Assembly (NCBI GenBank): GCA_030248215.1
Contig: JASANG010003930.1
Span: 1-64,000 of the forward strand
DNA: 64,000 nt
Origin: Enoplolaimus lenunculus
Taxonomy: Eukaryota
Reading direction: 5' to 3'
Part shown: piece by piece, positions 57,921 to 64,000 of the stretch
How positions within the stretch are numbered: position 1 is the stretch's first letter
How the letters are laid out: each line of letters starts with the position of its first letter
The notes under the pieces: generated by a model
Seen by the model: the letters and a program-made list of their open reading frames with translations, nothing else
Told to the model about the DNA's origin: nothing
Database searches by the model: none
Position numbers and translations under genes: made by a program

Positions 57921-60900
57921 ACTGCTCCCGTTGATATTTTAAGTTCCAGTTAAAATTGAAGAGTGCCATTGAGATAAAATTATTAAATATCAATGACGGT
58001 GTTTCTAAAATTTTGCTTTAAGCATTTAAGTAAGCAATGTATACTTGAGTACTTCAACTTTAGCAACAACTACACTGCAACAGGAATAAGAATTAGGCTG
58101 AATAAACGAGATTTTTTGCAACGGAACCCTATATCAAACCAATACCATACTCTAGAAGTCTTTACTGTATGACAGACAAGATAAATATGTTCGTGCAGCA
58201 GATAAAGTATTTCCTTGAACTTAACTACGTATGTGCTTACAAACGGAACGCTTTTTAGAGTTTATTTAGCAAGTGAAACAATTAATATAGATTGATAACA
58301 AATTTACATTAATCAAACTATAAAAAATTGACCCGTTTTAGTTACAGGGGCCGGCCCACTGAGAGAAGGGATATTGATGGACTTTGATACTGCCTGGAAA
58401 GCCTATGGTTAGGCTTAGGATTAGGATTAGACTCATATTTAGGTTTACGCTTACACGTAGACTATGGTTTAGGTTTAGGTTTAGGTCACAAACAGAAAAC
58501 CTAAGGAAATTAATTCAAATTAGAATCCTGCGCTTGGAACCTTTTATTATAGTCAAAGACAAACTGATTTTGCGAAAGGTATTTGAAGAGCGTTTACATC
58601 TAACGGTTAGGTATACGAGAATTTAAGCTATAAATAAATAAATAAAATAAATAAATGAATAAACAAATAAATAAATTAATGAATGAATGAATAAACGAAA
58701 ATAGAACGGTACATAAATAAGTAGATATTAAAGTAAATCTTTTTAAGCAAGACAAACCGTTGCGGTGCGACTACCTGTTTGGCTCCCTTACCACACAACG
58801 AAATAGTTATTAAAAATAACTCAGTTTTTTTTCTACTACAAGCTATAATAAAATAATTTAGCAACGGCAATTGAAAATATATATATTTTCAGGCTTGTTT
58901 CTCCAATAAAATTTCAAAAAAATCTTACACGAAAACGCGACAGAACAACACAATTTTCAACTTCCTTCACCATTTATAAAACTAGAATCTACCGAACAGG
59001 GTACAAAACACTTGCAAATTCAGTAACACAAACCGTTGTCCTGTTTAAAAAAAATTTTTTCTCGACTAAAATCTTTTTCAAAACGGCTGTTACATATAAT
59101 GTATATTCCACGGTGTTGCGCTTGTTTAATATTTTAAACTTTATTCTCAAGGGCGCAGCAGCTGATCCAAAAACGAAGGGGCTCGCGTGCGTTAGGGCAC
59201 GATATATAACGGTTAAAAGAACTCTTGCGAGCGAATTAAACGAGACGCCAAATGCAATTTTTTGTAACTTGTAAGACAATGAGGGACCTTACTGCTTTTT
59301 TACAAAAAGGGGCCGACCTTCCGCTACCCTTCCGCCGGCTGCTGTGCCACTGCTTATTCTGAAGAGGCTCGGATCGATGCAAAAAGACGGCATTTCTGCG
59401 TTTAACAAACTTAGAGTGTTATATCGCTACATATTTGGGCACGAAGCCAGCAAGCAACTCGATGTTTACAAAATGGGCGTTAAAGTTTTAGTGACAAATT
59501 TTTTAATTTGAATTTAACTTTAAAATAATGTTTACTATTCTTGTAATGGTTATATTCCAAATTACAATTTTTTCTTGTTGATATTTTGTTGTAGAACTAT
59601 ACTGAACATTTTTTACATTACGGTTTTTTGGCATGCAAAACATTTAATTGAACACATTTTCATCTCTTAATCAGTGTTACGCCGTTATTCTCAGACCGCC
59701 CTAAGATCTTTGTGTTCTCTTGTAGCGATTGGTTTTGAAAATCAATTCACAAATACAACCTCGAATTCCTCACACCACAAAATCTTACATCCATCGTATT
59801 TGATCCGTAGAATAACAAAGCATCCTTTAACTTACAAATATGTCGCATGACTACAAACCCTGTTGTACCCTAATATAGACACGTTCACAAATATATGCAA
59901 CCTCGAATTCGACACATCACAATATCCTACATCCGTCGTATTCAATCCGTAGAATAAGGCGCCCTTAAATTTGCAAACAAACACATTATTTTGGGTTTTT
60001 TTACTGCCACCCAAGAACTTAAAACGTTTTATTGTTGTAAAAACACCTGCAACTGCACAGGCTCTTGATATGAAGCTTAATGGCGGCAATCGTATTGATA
60101 AGTAGTGCCGTACAAAAAATATTAATCGTAACAACAGGTTGCACAGATAATTGCCGAATGCAACTAAAGTGGTATTGCGATGCTGTAGTTTCTTGCTTTT
60201 TATCAAACATATTTGGAATTAAAAAAACCAGCAATAAACTAACGATTTGCAGAGGCGCAGGGGCGTATACAAGGAGCCCATATGGGAATTTATTCCTCTG
60301 AAATTGTTGGAAACACTCCAAAAACTCACTTTCATAGGCCATAGAATAAGATGCAGTAGTCAAAAAATTGTTCTCGCTGGCTACGTTCGCTCGCGAAAAG
60401 TATTTCAGACTAAATTATCCAATCCCAAAATGTGAAGTTCTGGCTACGGCCCTGTGCGTTTGCTGTATTATGAACTAATTATTAGTTCTTTTACAAAACA
60501 TTTTAAAGTTTTTTAAACTGCTACTTTTTAAATTCCTTTGCAATAATTTAGAGCCTACATATAGCAGTTGTATGAACTTTGCGCCTCTAACAAGAGCGTT
60601 TTTGCCAATAGCACAGATCACAACATTGTTTTTGTATCAATGCTGATGATACAACTCAAAGGTGAAAACTTTAAAACTTTATCATATTCATACAAGTTTC
60701 CAATATTCAATCTAAAAACCAGATTCACAACAAATCCCTTTTAAGGGAATGTGAAAATAGCAGTACAGGGCAAAAATTTTCCATACGAGCAACAGAGGCC
60801 CGCGTGTGATTTGGCCCGGAATTTGTGGTTTACCGAGGACCCTGTGCCGCTTAGTAAGACTTTGTTCACAACATATTAAGCAATGCTTATTATTATGTTG

Positions 60901-62201
60901 AAAATTACAATGCGTGCGAGCCGGTCGGCGCTTGTTCCTTTTATTCCAGAAAACTTTCCCACGCATAATAACTGGAATAAAATTGGCTTAGGCTTTTGGC
61001 TTAGATTGGGACTTCAGCTCAGGCTTAGTCTCAGGCTTAATCTAAGCCTCGGCCTAAGGTTAAGCTGAGGTTTAATAGGAAAATAACAAACAATAGTGTG
61101 TGTGGGGGGACAAAGCAAATAAATACTGTCGGTCAATTAGAACCATTATGATTAGGTACAGTATTCTTTTTTAAATATTGTCTTATTAAATATGAAGACC
61201 CATTCGTGCATTTCTAAGAGAGTTATTAATATTACAATCCCAGAGTGAAAAAATAGCAGTAGGCATAGCGCAAGATAATAGTTTGCCCATCACAGCGCAG
61301 ACAAAAAATTAGTTTTAAAAGTATTATATAATTTATTATAGCAAAGCATCTTTACACCTACTCAAACGTTTATTAAAAACTCTCCATTTTCAGAGCCGAG
61401 GTAACAACACAGGGGCACATTCTTCGCATCTGTAAAGTGGTGCGAGGTCAATAGCTATCATCAATACAACAAACAGCGAGTATCACATTAAAAACAGTTA
61501 AATATGCCCAGTTAAAACTGGTAAACAAATTTTGGCCGCCAAATTTTTCAGGGTCAAAAATGTCGCTTTTAAACTTTAGGTTCTCGTTTCGACACGTATT
61601 TGACATTCTTCACCGAGACAATTAATACGGTCAAGCTTATTACTGATGAGTGAAAACCTGGATGCCTGAAACGTTGTGATTTCCTGGAAATCGCACAGGC
61701 GTAACTTTAAACTTTTGTAAGACGTCACATATAGAATTTGAACTTTCGTATATAGAGAGCAGGATACAACTGGGGGCAAAAAACGCATCCGGAGCTCGAT
61801 TTTCTGCCGGAACAGGAAGCAAACTTTCGGTTGTGCTATGATATAGAGCATTCAAATCGTTTTATGCTTACAATTATTGAGCCCACAACAACTACTACAA
61901 TGAGTCCTGAGGGTATCAGCCTGTCTATAAAAAATTGAAGCATTTAGAAAAATTTCAGGTAGGCTTATAAGTCATCTGACATTGCGTCATCTACTTTCAG
62001 AATTTTTACGCCGGCAGAACGAGTTGGCTGTGGCTCTGTCTAAACCAGTCTGCTCACTCCGTTACATAATGAAACGCCAAATGTTGTCATAAATTTTGAT
62101 AAATCATCGTTTTGCTAACAGTTTTATTACGAACACATATCATTAGCAGATCAGAATTAACACAAATTTGAAAATGAATACAATTTTAGCGTACGCATGT
62201 A

Positions 62202-62400
62202 CGCTGTAAAAAATGGGGAGTCACATTGACTCTCTCGGAAAGAGGCTTTTCCTGACTACACAAACTGAGTCAAATTTGACTCCGCCAGAGTCAAATTCGA
62301 TTCACTGTTGACTCTGGCGGAGTTAAATTTGACTCAGTTTGTGTAGTCAGGAAAAGCCTGTTTCCGAGAGAGTCAATTTGACTCCCCATTTTTTACAGTG
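62202..62400. mobile_element. Palindromic TA-flanked MITE, same family as 20005-20224
   Basis: TA|CGCTGTAAAAAATGGGGAGTCA ... TGACTCCCCATTTTTTACAGTG|TA, a near-perfect hairpin. Confidence 0.88.
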
Positions 62401-64000
62401 TATGACATTTGATGATATACCGGATTAAAAACTGACAAGTACAGCAGAGGGTCTTGTGACATTACAAGCTTGAGATTGGGTTGACAAAAATCAACCAGGC
62501 TTAGGAACTTTGTGCGTCGCTTACAAAACCCTTTGCTATGCAGTAGGAAAGTGATAAAATAAACCCACGCTTCTTTTGAACGGTATTCAAGGTTATTTGA
62601 GGCATATAATTTGTGCGTTTCGGGTTAACTCCAGAACTTTGTAGCATAGCGAGACAATTCCAATTATAATTAACGGTTAATTATTGTTTGACGCTGAATA
62701 TTACGCCCGTCATCGAAACAGCTATAAGCGGCTGTGACTTCGAGACAAATATATCAAACTGTTTATTTATCACCAGTTTTCTGAATAGGGTCACAGCAAG
62801 AGGAAGGGGGCAGGAGGTCGCATTCTAAATAGTCAAAATCAAAAATTTGTATTAAGACAGAATGCTAACTACCGCTGGTCTGCTCGCACGGTTCTCCAGA
62901 GATATATTTTCACTAGGACTGGATTCGCTGTTGTGCCACTCTCGCGTGTTCTAGTAGGTTTCTTTAAAGCCAATTATAAGCTATCAATAACACCGAATCG
63001 TACTTATAGAGTCACTTTGTTGGAATCTTAATGAGTCACTCTGCGATTTTATATGGCATGCAACTTGAATTTACTTTGCGAATGTAACCAGAAAGGGTTG
63101 GAAAATCGTGTTCTTGCACAGTTTGCCCACATTTGCGTTTACGCTTACGTTAGATAGCAACTTTAGGCTTAAGATTTTGCCAGATATTCCTAAGCTTAAC
63201 GTTGAATGTGAGGGAAGTTAAAATGCACCAGTTTGAAAACCCGGCATCGGTAAAAAGGTCAAAAATTAGCTTGGCTTGAAATAAAATAACATAACATTGA
63301 AATCTTTGAAACATTAAGCTTTAACATTGTCAACTTTGCACATTTAGGATTCTTATTAAGTGTAGTATATAAAGCTGCAGAAAATTCAGTTTAAAACTGT
63401 AGCAGAAACGCTATATTACACTCACTTGCGCTACTGAGAAATAATGCAATATGTCCTGTAATTTTAGACGTAAAATTCACAACCGCAAGCGTGTCACTGA
63501 TGTTCATTTTATCAAATTTAACTTTAAAAAGCAAAATTATTAATACTTACGCCAATTTCAGAACAATTTTTGTTCGAATAAATATTTGGTCACATTTGGA
63601 AACCAGTACGTCTGTGTCATATAAATGAAAGGTTTACCAAACCTGTCTGCTTTCTCTCACGAAATGTCTCGTACTCCTAATGACTGGATTAATAATATAG
63701 ACAGAGGTTTAGGCTCTTTTTTAGGTTTAGTCTTAATAGGTTCAGTCGTTCTCCGATCCAATATAGTGGCACCTACGATTAGGCCATCAAACAGGGATTA
63801 AACAATAAATTTTGCGTTATACTTTATTACTAAATTTAGGTTTGGCTTCTCGCTCTTTTCACTCGCTAGGTTTCTTCGCTACTGTATCGCACGGTTTACC
63901 CCGTCGGAAATTTTTTGGATGTGCCACTAACCAGCACCTCAGCCTAAGCTGAGGTTAACTAACATAATAAACAGTTGGTGTCGAGGGGGAGGGTCTTCTG

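Noticed and set aside
49300..64000. Short ORFs in the right-hand 15 kb as upstream RPEL exons or a separate gene
   Set aside because: No RPxxxEL motif or consistent exon chain was found. The region is AT-rich and MITE-laden; small exons cannot be excluded.

Overview
This is AT-rich animal (eukaryotic) genomic DNA, most likely from a nematode: TTTTCAG-type splice acceptors and many interstitial TTAGGC-type repeats point that way, but it is an inference. The window has four parts. (1) About 1-14,000 is a compositionally distinct block with no long intact ORF and none of the host MITEs. It has a left-facing TATA/Inr/CCAAT promoter, a ~178-bp satellite and several decayed peptides resembling DNA-virus proteins. 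The best is a Polinton/Maverick-type minor capsid; weaker ones are a PLA2 loop, a HUH motif and a jelly-roll-like fragment. I read this tentatively as a fossil Polinton-like/endogenous viral element. (2) A four-exon minus-strand gene at 18,532-15,506 (~239 aa, unknown function) appears only as two fragments in the ORF track. (3) A very large minus-strand gene of about 12 exons at ~49,191-28,987 encodes a ~3,300-aa low-complexity protein with an intron-split SAP domain, a coiled coil and an 'EWLDL' C-terminal motif, i.e. myocardin/MRTF-like. (4) Introns and the 49-64 kb region hold many non-autonomous DNA transposons (hAT-, PIF/Harbinger-, TA-target- and piggyBac-like). These include a piggyBac-like MITE carrying a tRNA-derived Pol III cassette and MITEs filled with telomere-like repeats. 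All family assignments come from reading motifs by eye; no database search was run.
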